Positions 35,232 to 43,617 of a stretch of 62,441 bases of DNA are shown piece after piece. The position numbers and the translations under genes are program-made. Source of the stretch: Bacilli bacterium (GTDB lineage Bacteria; Bacillota_I; Bacilli_A; RFN20; CAG-826); assembly GCA_036657515.1 (NCBI GenBank), contig JAVXGI010000004.1, positions 1 to 62,441 of the forward strand, written 5' to 3'. The first letter of the stretch is position 1. The number at the start of each line of letters is the position of its first letter. Below the pieces are notes generated by a model that had not been told where the DNA came from, did no database searches, and saw only the letters and a program-made list of their open reading frames with translations.

Positions 35232-36785
35232 TTATTTTGCCGTTTCTACAGCTCTATATTCACGAATAACTGAAACTTTGATTTGTCCTGGGTAGTTCAT
35301 TTCTGTCTCAATTTTTTCTTTTATATCACGTGCCATTTTATAAGCTGCAACATCATCTATCTTATCAGGAAGAACCATTACTCTAATTTCACGGCCAGAT
35401 TGAATAGCATATGATTGGAATACACCATCAAATGATTTGGTAATATTTTCTAATTGTTCAATTCTCTTAATATATTTTTCAACTGTTTCACGTCTTGCTC
35501 CTGGGCGTGCAGCGCTTAAAGTATCTGCAGCTTGAACTAAAATAGAAATAATTGATTTTTGTGGAACATCTCCATGGTGTGATTCAATTGAATTGATAAT
35601 AACTTCATTTTCATTAAATTTCTTTGCAATTCTTGCACCGATTTCAACGTGAGTTCCTTCAACTTCAAAGTCCATAGCTTTGCCAATATCATGAAGTAAA
35701 CCAGCACGTTTAGCTAATGTTTCGTTTAAACCTAACTCAGCAGCCATAACTCCAGCTAATTGAGCAACTTCCATTGAATGTTCAAGAGCGTTTTGTCCAT
35801 ATGAAGTACGATATTTTAAAGTACCTAATAATTCAACTTCTTCTCTAGGCATTTTTGGTAAACCTAACTTAAATAAAGCATCTTGACCAGAGGAAATAAT
35901 AGATTGGTTGATTTCAGTCTTGACTTTTTCAACAATCTCTTCAATTCTACCTGGTTGAATTCTACCATCAGCAATTAATATTTCGAGTGTTCTTTTGGCA
36001 ATTTCTCTTCTTACTGGATTAAAACAAGAAATAGTAATTGCTTCTGGAGTATCATCAATTAAAATATCAACACCTAATAATTGTTCAAGAGACTTAATAT
36101 TTCTGCCTTCACGGCCAATAATACGTCCTTTCATTTCATCACTTGGTAAAGAAATGGTTGATGTTGTTTTATCGATTACTATTTCTTGTGCATGACGTGT
36201 AATAGCTAAAGCGATTAAGTCAGAGGCTTTAAGATCAGCTTCTTCCATTGCTTCTTCATCACGACTTTTCATGTATTGAGAAATTTCACGATCCATCTTA
36301 CTTTCGACTCTTGCCATAATCTCATCGTGGGCTTCTTTGATGCTCAAATGAGCAACTTTTTGTAATTCTTCAAGAATAGAATCTATTTTTTCTTGTAAAA
36401 CTACACCACGTTTTTGATTTTCGGCTAATTGGCGATTTAGATTTTCATTCTTTTCTTCCATCATTGTTTCTTTGTTAAGAAGAGCGATGTCTCTTTTGTC
36501 TAAGTTGTCTTCTCTTTGAGCAAGCTTATTATTAAGATCAATAATTTCTACTTTTCTTAACTTAATGTCATTCTCAGCTTGCATTTTTAACTCATTAATA
36601 AGTTGTTTACCATCAATCTCAGCATTTTTAACAATCATGTTTGCTTTCGTTTGAGCCTTATCAATTCTGTCTTTAATGTTTTTATCATCTTTTTTAGTTC
36701 TTAAATAATCTATTAGAGCAAAAACTCCTGCTCCAGCGGCCATACCAATGATGGCGCCGATAGCTCCAGCTAAAATTGGATCCAT
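35232..36785 (-). CDS. rny: Ribonuclease Y
   Basis: N-terminal TM, coiled coil, KH domain GRIIGREGRNIK, HD domain LLHDIGKA...HHGD. Confidence 0.95.
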   Translation of the reverse strand: MDPILAGAIGAIIGMAAGAGVFALIDYLRTKKDDKNIKDRIDKAQTKANMIVKNAEIDGKQLINELKMQAENDIKLRKVEIIDLNNKLAQREDNLDKRDIALLNKETMMEEKNENLNRQLAENQKRGVVLQEKIDSILEELQKVAHLSIKEAHDEIMARVESKMDREISQYMKSRDEEAMEEADLKASDLIALAITRHAQEIVIDKTTSTISLPSDEMKGRIIGREGRNIKSLEQLLGVDILIDDTPEAITISCFNPVRREIAKRTLEILIADGRIQPGRIEEIVEKVKTEINQSIISSGQDALFKLGLPKMPREEVELLGTLKYRTSYGQNALEHSMEVAQLAGVMAAELGLNETLAKRAGLLHDIGKAMDFEVEGTHVEIGARIAKKFNENEVIINSIESHHGDVPQKSIISILVQAADTLSAARPGARRETVEKYIKRIEQLENITKSFDGVFQSYAIQSGREIRVMVLPDKIDDVAAYKMARDIKEKIETEMNYPGQIKVSVIREYRAVETAK

Positions 36786-36924
36786 ATATTCTCCTTTTTC
36801 GTTGCATTTAAAACCAATTATCCCAGAAAGAATAAAAACAATTTATACTAACAAAATTATTTATTTATATATAAAAATTGAAATTAATTAATTTGGAATA
36901 TATTGTATCAACGGATACATTCAT

Positions 36925-36952
36925 ATTATAACAAAAAAGGAATATTTCACAA
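36925..36952 (-). promoter_or_regulatory. rny promoter TTGTGA-16-TGtTATAAT with a roughly 130-nt 5' UTR
   Basis: Minus strand: TTGTGA (36952-36947), 16-nt spacer whose last 3 nt are TGT (36933-36931), then TATAAT (36930-36925). Confidence 0.5.
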
Positions 36953-36993
36953 AGAACAAATATTTATTTTTTCAACATTAAAAAGTAAGAATA

Positions 36994-37015
36994 ATCAGTG
37001 CGTTTCCGCACTGAT
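36994..37015 (-). terminator. Terminator after recA
   Basis: ATCAGTGCG (36994-37002) / CGCACTGAT (37007-37015), loop TTTC, 14 nt from the recA stop. Confidence 0.7.
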
Positions 37016-37029
37016 ATAAAAGCGAAAAT

Positions 37030-38013
37030 TTACTTTATTTCACCAGTTTTTATTTGAGCTTTTATATCCTCAAAAATTTCTGGATGAGCTTTTAAGAAGA
37101 GTTTTGCTGTTTCGCGTCCTTGACCGATTTTGGTTTCTTTATATTCATACCAGGAACCAGATTTTTTAACAATTCCTAATTCACTTGCAAGATCAAGAAG
37201 TTCTCCTTCTTTAGAGATTCCTTCACCATAAATAATGTCGAATTTACATGATTTAAATGGTGGTGCAACTTTATTTTTAACAACTTTAACAGTAACACTA
37301 TTTCCAGCAATTTCTGCGCCATTTTTAATAGCTTCGTTACGTCTAATATCAAGTCTAATTGATGAATAGAATTTTAATGCTCTACCACCTGTTGTAACTT
37401 CTGGATTGCCGTAAATAATTCCGACTTTTTCTCTTAATTGATTAATAAAAATTACGGTACATTCAGCTTTTGATAATGTACCGGCAATTTTACGTAATGC
37501 TTTAGACATTAATCTTGCATGCAATCCAATTTGATTTTCAATCATTTCACCTTCTAATTCAGCTTTTGGAACAAGAGCAGCAACACTATCGATAACAATT
37601 AAATCAAAAACACCACTTTTTGCAAGCATTTCCACAATATCTAATGCTTGTTCCCCATTATCTGGTTGAGAAAGAATTAATTCATTAATATCTACTCCTA
37701 AATGCTTTGCGTATTCAGGATCAATAGCATGTTCTGCATCAATAAATGCACAACGGCCACCTTTCTTTTGACATTCTGCAATAGCATGTAAACTTAATGT
37801 TGTCTTTCCACTACTTTCAGGTCCAAAGATTTCAATAATTCTTCCCTTTGGATACCCTCCTACTCCTAAACATTCGTCAAGCAAAATAGAACCTGTAGGA
37901 ATAACATCAATATCAGTATTAGGTCTATCGCCTAATTTCATGACACTTCCTTTTCCATAAAGTTTCTCAATTTCTTTTAACGTCGCTTCAATTTGTTTTT
38001 CTATATCTTCCAT
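37030..38013 (-). CDS. recA: Recombinase RecA
   Basis: GPESSGKTT Walker [10 protein letters not shown], and the L2 region [13 protein letters not shown] at 38013 has GAGGTG 6 nt upstream. The track start at 38031 has no SD. Confidence 0.95.
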   Translation of the reverse strand: MEDIEKQIEATLKEIEKLYGKGSVMKLGDRPNTDIDVIPTGSILLDECLGVGGYPKGRIIEIFGPESSGKTTLSLHAIAECQKKGGRCAFIDAEHAIDPEYAKHLGVDINELILSQPDNGEQALDIVEMLAKSGVFDLIVIDSVAALVPKAELEGEMIENQIGLHARLMSKALRKIAGTLSKAECTVIFINQLREKVGIIYGNPEVTTGGRALKFYSSIRLDIRRNEAIKNGAEIAGNSVTVKVVKNKVAPPFKSCKFDIIYGEGISKEGELLDLASELGIVKKSGSWYEYKETKIGQGRETAKLFLKAHPEIFEDIKAQIKTGEIK

Positions 38014-38054
38014 ATTTTCACCTCTACTCATTAGGTAGGGTCCTATTTTTATTT

Positions 38055-38534
38055 TTATGATAAAATTTCATTTATTTTTATTAATGCGTAATTAACGGCT
38101 TTTTTTCTAATATAATTACGTTTTCCATTAGACTTAAACTCAAAAGAGTGAATTTTGTTTTGATAAAATATAGAAATATAAAATAATCCTACTGATTTAT
38201 CGCCAGGGCAAATTCCAGGCCCTGCATTTCCAGTAAAGGAAACACAAAGATCAACTCCAAGTGTTCTTGCACCTTCTTTTGCCATTTCTTCAGCTACTTC
38301 TTTAGAAACAACTGTATATTTTTCAATCGTAAGAGAAGAAACACCTACTACTTTTTCTTTTATAATTTCACTATAAGAGACAATACTTCCCAAATAATAT
38401 TTACTGACACCAGCTCGTGCAGTAATTGTGGAAGCAAAAAGACCTCCAGTAAAGGATTCTACAGAACCAAATGTTAAGTCATATTTACTAACTAATGTTA
38501 AAAACTTTGTTAGTTCACTATTTAGTTGCGTCAT
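38055..38534 (-). CDS. CinA C-terminal-domain protein (nicotinamide-nucleotide amidase PncC-like)
   Basis: 159 aa. [11 protein letters not shown] and SFTGNAGP motifs of the CinA/PncC domain. It lies upstream of recA as cinA does in Firmicutes. Confidence 0.85.
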   Translation of the reverse strand: MTQLNSELTKFLTLVSKYDLTFGSVESFTGGLFASTITARAGVSKYYLGSIVSYSEIIKEKVVGVSSLTIEKYTVVSKEVAEEMAKEGARTLGVDLCVSFTGNAGPGICPGDKSVGLFYISIFYQNKIHSFEFKSNGKRNYIRKKAVNYALIKINEILS

Positions 38535-39165
38535 GTTTATCTTCTATAAATACCTTACGGTTTTGATAAATATAAATAACTCCTGATAAAACACTAAAGA
38601 ACAATGCAATATACATTAACCAATCTGCAATATGTAAACCAGTAATCCATCCTGCATCGAAATAAGAAAATGGAAATCCATTTAATAAAAAGATTGGAAT
38701 TGCCACCATTTGAGCAACAGTTTTAAGTTTTCCAAACATATTAGCAGCAACTACAATGTTTTTCTTAGCAGCAACAAATCTCATAGAATCAACAATTAAA
38801 TCTCTTACAATAAAAACTATTACTATATATAAAGACAATTGCATTTGTGCTCCAGCATATGTTGCAGGTAAAATCATAAAAATAAGTGTAGCATTAACTA
38901 ACATCTTATCAGCAACAGGATCAAGGAATTTTCCCAAATCTGTTACTTGATTATTTTTACGGGCGAGATATCCATCGAGCCAGTCGGTTGAAGCGGCTAT
39001 AATGAAAACTATACATACAATTAAATTAACTAAATTAACTTGTGCACCAGTTGGACCAAATAAATAAATAGGTTCTAAATTAAAAAAGCTTAATATAAAT
39101 AAAGAAATAAACATTGCAAAAACTATAAATATACGTGAAAAAGTAATCTTTGTTGGTAAATTCAT
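38518..39165 (-). CDS. pgsA: CDP-diacylglycerol--glycerol-3-phosphate 3-phosphatidyltransferase
   Basis: CDP-alcohol phosphatidyltransferase motif DGYLARKNNQVTDLGKFLDPVADK. Multiple TMs. Confidence 0.9.
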   Translation of the reverse strand: MNLPTKITFSRIFIVFAMFISLFILSFFNLEPIYLFGPTGAQVNLVNLIVCIVFIIAASTDWLDGYLARKNNQVTDLGKFLDPVADKMLVNATLIFMILPATYAGAQMQLSLYIVIVFIVRDLIVDSMRFVAAKKNIVVAANMFGKLKTVAQMVAIPIFLLNGFPFSYFDAGWITGLHIADWLMYIALFFSVLSGVIYIYQNRKVFIEDKHDATK

Positions 39166-39192
39166 AAAATTCTCCTTATTTTTTTAAAAAGT

Positions 39193-39536
39193 GAGTACCC
39201 AATCCTATAAGCCATGTTTTGTCTAGGACAATTATTTATCTATGCATTGCTGCATACCGTTTGAAATTCGTTTCTTTCGCACAGTTTCCCCTACCAAATT
39301 TGGGTTTCTCGCTTGCGGGGCTTACCACGTTCCATACTTATTATTTCTAATAAGCTCGTCTCTTTGGCACTTTACCAGGTTAATCATGACCGAAGTTTTA
39401 GATCAGAGCCTGTCCGTTACGTACTCCTACGTACCTAGCTTTATTTTTTCAGCTAGCACAAACACTACCATCATCACAGATGGTGCGAGCATGGACTTTC
39501 CTCTAGCAAAAAGCTAGCAATTGTCCGGATTGGGAT
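39193..39536 (-). ncRNA. rnpB: RNase P RNA, type B (compact, about 344 nt)
   Basis: Minus strand has P1 AUCCCAAUCC / GGAUUGGGU, the conserved P4 blocks GAGGAAAGUCCAUGCUCGCAC and ACAAAACAUGGCUUA, and AGGGGAAACUGUGCGAAAG. It lies next to the gpsB-like gene as in Bacillus. Confidence 0.9.
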
Positions 39537-39914
39537 TTAACTAATTTTCTTAGGATCAAATCCTTTAGAAGATAGAAACTCTTCTAACTGATTTACTCTT
39601 CTGATTAGATCAACAGAAGCAGCGTTATTAATAATATCATTTTCTTTGATGTATTTAAATTTTTGTTTAAATAATCCGAAATTAAACTTAACTTCTTCTA
39701 ATTCCTTTTTTAATGATTCTATTGATTTAAGATAAGACTCGTTTTCGTTTAAGAGCGTGAAATACGTGGTTTCATTTTGAGAAACTGCTGTAATAATAAC
39801 ATCAAGAAATTCATCCACTTCAATTGGACTATATCCATCTTTTTCTGCTAAAAATTTCTTGTTTAAAATATCATTACTCAACTCTTTTTTAAAACTATAC
39901 TTATCTTTTCCCAT
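39537..39914 (-). CDS. DivIVA-domain protein, GpsB-like
   Basis: 125 aa. N-terminal DivIVA motif KKFLAEKDGYSPIEVDEFLD followed by a coiled coil. gpsB-rnpB synteny. Confidence 0.75.
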   Translation of the reverse strand: MGKDKYSFKKELSNDILNKKFLAEKDGYSPIEVDEFLDVIITAVSQNETTYFTLLNENESYLKSIESLKKELEEVKFNFGLFKQKFKYIKENDIINNAASVDLIRRVNQLEEFLSSKGFDPKKIS

Positions 39915-39988
39915 GCCTATATTATATTAAAAATGTAATTTAATAACAATGAATTAAAATACTAAAACATAAGTGATATAATTAACAT

Positions 39989-40714
39989 ATGAAATTATTA
40001 GAAAAAGAATTAAAGTGCAAAAGAAAAGCAATTTTCTTTGATTTAGAAGGAACACAAAATACCTCAGAAATAATAGCAATTGGTGCTATAAAAGTTAGTC
40101 TAGACGCAAAATATAATGTTAAAAGCGTTGATAAAAAAGCATTTAGAATGCTTGTTAAATCTATTGGAAGAGTTGGACCAATTGTATCTCGTCTCGTCCA
40201 TATTACAGATCAAGATCTCGCTCGTGAAGGAGTCTCTTACCCAGATGCCATGAAACATTTTAAGAAATTTATAGGCAAGAAACCTGAAGATTATATCTAT
40301 ATAGCTTATGGAAATTACGATAAAGTGATGCTACATAAAACCGATGCCTTATACGAAGACAAAAACAAAGATTTTTTGATTACGTTATCAAAAAATTACC
40401 TCGATTTTAGTAAATTCCTATCTAGATTCATGAAAAATGGAAAAAGTAATACATATTCTTTACTAGAAGCCATAAATAATCTTGGTGGTACCCCACTTAA
40501 GAATGTACACGATCCACTTTGTGACTCACGTAACCTATTGATACTTTATGAATGCTTTTTAAAAAATAAAAATAATTTGAAAAGCCAATATCGCAAATCA
40601 ATAAGTCACGATAACCTAGCTTATCCTATTCAGATGATAGTAAATAAGCTTGAAAATGGAGAAAGTGTTACACCTGCTGACTATAGTTTTTATATCGACG
40701 AAGTATTTAAGTGA
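39989..40714 (+). CDS. DEDDh-type 3'-5' exonuclease domain protein
   Basis: FFDLEGTQ (Exo I D-x-E), AYGNYDKVML (Exo II) and HDPLCDSRN (Exo III H-x4-D). Confidence 0.7.
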   Translation: MKLLEKELKCKRKAIFFDLEGTQNTSEIIAIGAIKVSLDAKYNVKSVDKKAFRMLVKSIGRVGPIVSRLVHITDQDLAREGVSYPDAMKHFKKFIGKKPEDYIYIAYGNYDKVMLHKTDALYEDKNKDFLITLSKNYLDFSKFLSRFMKNGKSNTYSLLEAINNLGGTPLKNVHDPLCDSRNLLILYECFLKNKNNLKSQYRKSISHDNLAYPIQMIVNKLENGESVTPADYSFYIDEVFK

Positions 40715-41244
40715 TTATAAACAAAACCACATTTTTACGTTGCGGAAATAGAGGAATGGAATTAGAAGCATTAATAAATGATGCCAATAACTTTTATAAT
40801 GCAAATAAAATAGCATTTATAGAAAAACGTCCCACTCCAATAAATGTTGTAACTGTTAAAAACGGAATTATAACAAAAGCATACTTTGAAAAAGAATCTA
40901 CTCTTGATTTTAATGGAATTTATAAACAAAAGTACATTGAATTTGAAGCTAAATCTTGTAATTCTAAAACATCTTTTAATTTAAACAATTTAAGACCGCA
41001 CCAAATTGATCATATTAATAAGCTAGTAGAACAAAAAGCAATCTCTTTTCTTATCATTGAGTTCTCAACTCTTAACAAGTACTTTATCCTAAAAAGTGAG
41101 GTTCTGCAGTCTTATTTGAAAAATAATACAAAAAAATCAATCCCATTAAAATTTTTTGTAAAGAATTGCAATGAAATTGAATTAGGAATTAAACCATATT
41201 TAAATTATTTAAAAGTTATAGAAAAAGAATTTTATTTTGAGTGA
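40711..41244 (+). CDS. recU: Holliday-junction resolvase RecU
   Basis: NRGMELEALIN, IEKRPTP and DFNGIY...IEFEAKS motifs. The GTG start overlaps the upstream stop (GTGA). The conserved NRGM lies upstream of the first in-frame ATG, so the GTG start is needed. Confidence 0.85.
   Translation: MIINKTTFLRCGNRGMELEALINDANNFYNANKIAFIEKRPTPINVVTVKNGIITKAYFEKESTLDFNGIYKQKYIEFEAKSCNSKTSFNLNNLRPHQIDHINKLVEQKAISFLIIEFSTLNKYFILKSEVLQSYLKNNTKKSIPLKFFVKNCNEIELGIKPYLNYLKVIEKEFYFE
41095..41121 (+). repeat. Copy 2 of the dispersed repeat AGTGAGGTTCTGCAGTCT (inside recU coding sequence)
   Basis: 18/18 identical to 6996-7013 and 25/27 over the extended span. Here it encodes KSEVLQSYL. Confidence 0.8.
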
Positions 41245-41858
41245 GTGCAAAAATCCTTCAGTTTGCACTCACTGCATTTTGGGCTTCTTGCTAAACAAAT
41301 ATTACGTCCAAAAAGAATAAATTGGTGATGTAAATCATAATAATATTTTTCATCAAACATTTTTTTCAATTCACGTTCTGCATCAACTACATTTTCTTTT
41401 TCTTTAATGATTCCAAGACGTTTGCTTACTCGCAAAATATGTGTATCAACTGGCATTTCTGGTTCATGAAAAAGTTCCATTCTCACCACATTAGCAGTTT
41501 TATTTCCAACACCAGGCATAGTCATTAAATCAGTTTTTTCAAATGGAACTTTTTTATCAAAATTCGATATTAAAAGATCGGTGATGCCAATAATATTATT
41601 AGTTTTTATTTTGGCAATTCCAATATTTTTAATTATGTTATAAATATCATCATAAGTTGCTTCGTGAAGCTTTTCAATTGTCGGATATTTTGCAAATAAA
41701 ATATCCGTTGCCTTATTAACAGCAATATCAGTTGTTTGGGCAGATAGCATAACAGCAATTAAAAACTCATAATCTTTTTTGTAGTTTAAAAAACTTTCAT
41801 TATTTGGATAAAGATTGTGTAGGTAATTTATAATAATTTCAGATTTATTTTTCATCAT
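41232..41858 (-). CDS. nth: Endonuclease III
   Basis: HhH-GPD (MPGVGNKTANVV...VDTH) and the 4Fe-4S loop CLARSPKCSECKLKDFC. ATG at 41858 gives a homolog-like N-terminus. An upstream ATG at 41915 has a better SD (AGAGG), so the start is uncertain. Confidence 0.9.
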   Translation of the reverse strand: MMKNKSEIIINYLHNLYPNNESFLNYKKDYEFLIAVMLSAQTTDIAVNKATDILFAKYPTIEKLHEATYDDIYNIIKNIGIAKIKTNNIIGITDLLISNFDKKVPFEKTDLMTMPGVGNKTANVVRMELFHEPEMPVDTHILRVSKRLGIIKEKENVVDAERELKKMFDEKYYYDLHHQFILFGRNICLARSPKCSECKLKDFCTHSK

Positions 41859-42504
41859 CCCATTTAGTTTTAAGGATTTCAATTTTTTCTCTTGTTTCTG
41901 CGTCTTCAGTAGCATTTTTGCCTCTTAATGAGTATCCTTCATCAATTACATCATTAATATGTGTATTTTTAATTAATATTGAATCAACAGCTTTAATCGT
42001 TTTCTTATTTTTAAGGATTGCTGCTTTTAAAGCATATTTAATTTTTTCCATTTCATAGCCTGCATGAAGCCATTCATCAATTCGTGAAATTTCAAGAGGA
42101 CAAAGAGTTCTGTTAAAAGCGCTTTCGAATTCGTGATAAAGTTCAGATATTCTTTTTTGATATTCATTATCAATATTAATCGTTTCTTTTGCCATGACTG
42201 TAATTTCGAATTCGTGATATAAACGATTTTTAAGTGGTTCAATAGAAGTTCTTAATTCATTTTTTTCGCCTTCAATATATTCAACAAATCCTTTTTTCAT
42301 CAAACTAACAAAAATACCATCTATTTCATCGACACTATAATTCATTTTCAGTGAGAGCAATTCATTAGTAATAAGTGAATTATCAGTATTGAGTAAATGA
42401 TCAATCATTAAAATAACTGTTAATTCATTTTCAGTGATATTAAATTTTTTATAGTAATCTAGTAACAAGAAATTGAAATCTATTGCTTTAAATCCATGTA
42501 TCAT
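41845..42504 (-). CDS. dnaD: DnaD-domain replication initiation/remodelling protein
   Basis: 219 aa. C-terminal DnaD/DnaB_2 pattern YHEFESAFNRTLCPLEISRIDEWL...IKYALKAAILKNKKTIKAVDSIL. dnaD-nth synteny. Confidence 0.75.
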   Translation of the reverse strand: MIHGFKAIDFNFLLLDYYKKFNITENELTVILMIDHLLNTDNSLITNELLSLKMNYSVDEIDGIFVSLMKKGFVEYIEGEKNELRTSIEPLKNRLYHEFEITVMAKETINIDNEYQKRISELYHEFESAFNRTLCPLEISRIDEWLHAGYEMEKIKYALKAAILKNKKTIKAVDSILIKNTHINDVIDEGYSLRGKNATEDAETREKIEILKTKWDDEK

Positions 42505-42534
42505 TTTGTTTCCCCATTTACATATTTTATCATA

Positions 42535-43152
42535 TTAAAAATTGGCTTTCTCTATCTTTCTAAATTCTTCTATAATTTTTTCTCTTTTAATTTTAGACAA
42601 TAGATGCACATTATCGATCATAACTTTTTTAAGCTTGCCTTCAAGTTTAAAATCAAGAATAAGTGAGAATCTATATGCTCTAATAATACGTAATGGATCT
42701 TCTTTAATTCTCTCTTCTGGATCTCCAATCATTCTAACAATCTCTTCTTTAAGATCGTGTATTCCGTTGCTTGGATCAATTGTTTCGTAATTTTTATCAA
42801 TATAAATAGCATTTATCGTAAAATCTCTTCTTTTATAATCTTCATTAATTGAATTAACAAACTTAATTAGAGAAGGGTGTCTTAAATCTTCATATCTTTC
42901 TTCTGTTCTAAAAGTGGCAATATCACATTTATGACCATTAAGCGTATATTGAACAATCCCATATTTTTCAAATGTATAACTAGCATCAGGCAAAAATTTT
43001 CTTATTTCGAAAGTTTTTGCGTTTGTAGCAAAATCATAATCTGTTAATTTACGTCCAACTAAAAAATCTCGAGATGTCCCACCTATCATATATAGGTCAA
43101 ACCCATTCTCAGCAAACTTTTTAGCAAGTAAATCAAATATTTCTACGTTCAT
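42535..43152 (-). CDS. Class II tRNA nucleotidyltransferase-like protein, head and neck domains only (205 aa)
   Basis: GGTSRDFLVGRKLTDYDF (motif A), RRDFTINA (motif B) and EDPLRIIRAYRF (motif D). The protein ends about 190 aa short of typical CCA-adding enzymes. Start at ATG 43152. Confidence 0.75.
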   Translation of the reverse strand: MNVEIFDLLAKKFAENGFDLYMIGGTSRDFLVGRKLTDYDFATNAKTFEIRKFLPDASYTFEKYGIVQYTLNGHKCDIATFRTEERYEDLRHPSLIKFVNSINEDYKRRDFTINAIYIDKNYETIDPSNGIHDLKEEIVRMIGDPEERIKEDPLRIIRAYRFSLILDFKLEGKLKKVMIDNVHLLSKIKREKIIEEFRKIEKANF

Positions 43153-43158
43153 AGTAAA

Positions 43159-43167
43159 ATTATAACA
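43159..43167 (-). promoter_or_regulatory. Extended -10 element TGTTATAAT 6 nt upstream of ATG 43152 (leaderless candidate)
   Basis: Minus strand: TGT (43167-43165), TATAAT (43164-43159), TTTACT, then ATG. No SD. It sits directly after the hup terminator. Confidence 0.5.
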
Positions 43168-43170
43168 TAA

Positions 43171-43196
43171 AAAAATGAACCAATGGTTCATTTTTG
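43171..43196. terminator. Hairpin terminator after hup
   Basis: ATGAAC (43175-43180) / GTTCAT (43186-43191) flanked by an A-run and a T-run. Confidence 0.6.
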
Positions 43197-43214
43197 TAAA
43201 CTAATCTTAAATTC

Positions 43215-43484
43215 TTAAATCTCTTCTTTGAGGGATTTAGCAGCTTTAAAACCAATGGCTTTTCTTGCTGGAATGTGGATTTTATTTTTTGTTCCTGGAG
43301 CAACGCCTTCTCTTGCAGCTCTTTCCTTGACAGCAAATGTACCAAAGCCTGCTATTTTAACAGCATCGCCTTCTTTTAATGCTTCAATGATAACATCAAC
43401 AACTGCGTCTAAGACTCTACTTGCTTCTTTTCCAGTGACAGCTAATTTTTCTGATAAACTTAAAACTAATTCTTGTTTATTCAT
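43215..43484 (-). CDS. hup: DNA-binding protein HU
   Basis: 89 aa. MNKQELV...GFGTFAVKERAAREG...IPARKAIGFKAAKSLKE. Confidence 0.95.
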   Translation of the reverse strand: MNKQELVLSLSEKLAVTGKEASRVLDAVVDVIIEALKEGDAVKIAGFGTFAVKERAAREGVAPGTKNKIHIPARKAIGFKAAKSLKEEI

Positions 43485-43617
43485 AAATTATCTCCTTTGC
43501 TACTTTTATTATATACAACAATGCAAAGACAATACAAGTACTATTTTTTATCACTTAATACGATGAATACATTATAATAGCAACAAATTAACAAAATATT
43601 AAAAATTTATTTTCTAA

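Noticed and set aside
39242-39517. 91-aa + strand ORF between pgsA and the gpsB-like gene
   Set aside because: It is antisense to, and entirely inside, the RNase P RNA gene. It has no SD and its composition is driven by the structured RNA.
39989-41244. DEDDh exonuclease plus RecU as a mobile or defence module
   Set aside because: The context is conserved housekeeping synteny (gpsB-like, rnpB, recU, nth, dnaD). No integrase, repeats or compositional break were seen.
43228-43566. Many 60-130-aa ORFs antisense to or nested in long genes (for example 958-1248, 6692-6961, 15934-16158, 17412-17630, 17944-18159, 18494-19304, 19558-19869, 27066-27992, 29186-30094, 34131-34514, 43228-43566, 44267-44527, 44904-45176, 51130-51926, 61046-61318)
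   Set aside because: These are shadow ORFs expected in AT-rich DNA opposite real genes. They have low-complexity or hydrophobic translations, no ribosome-binding sites, and overlap confidently identified genes.
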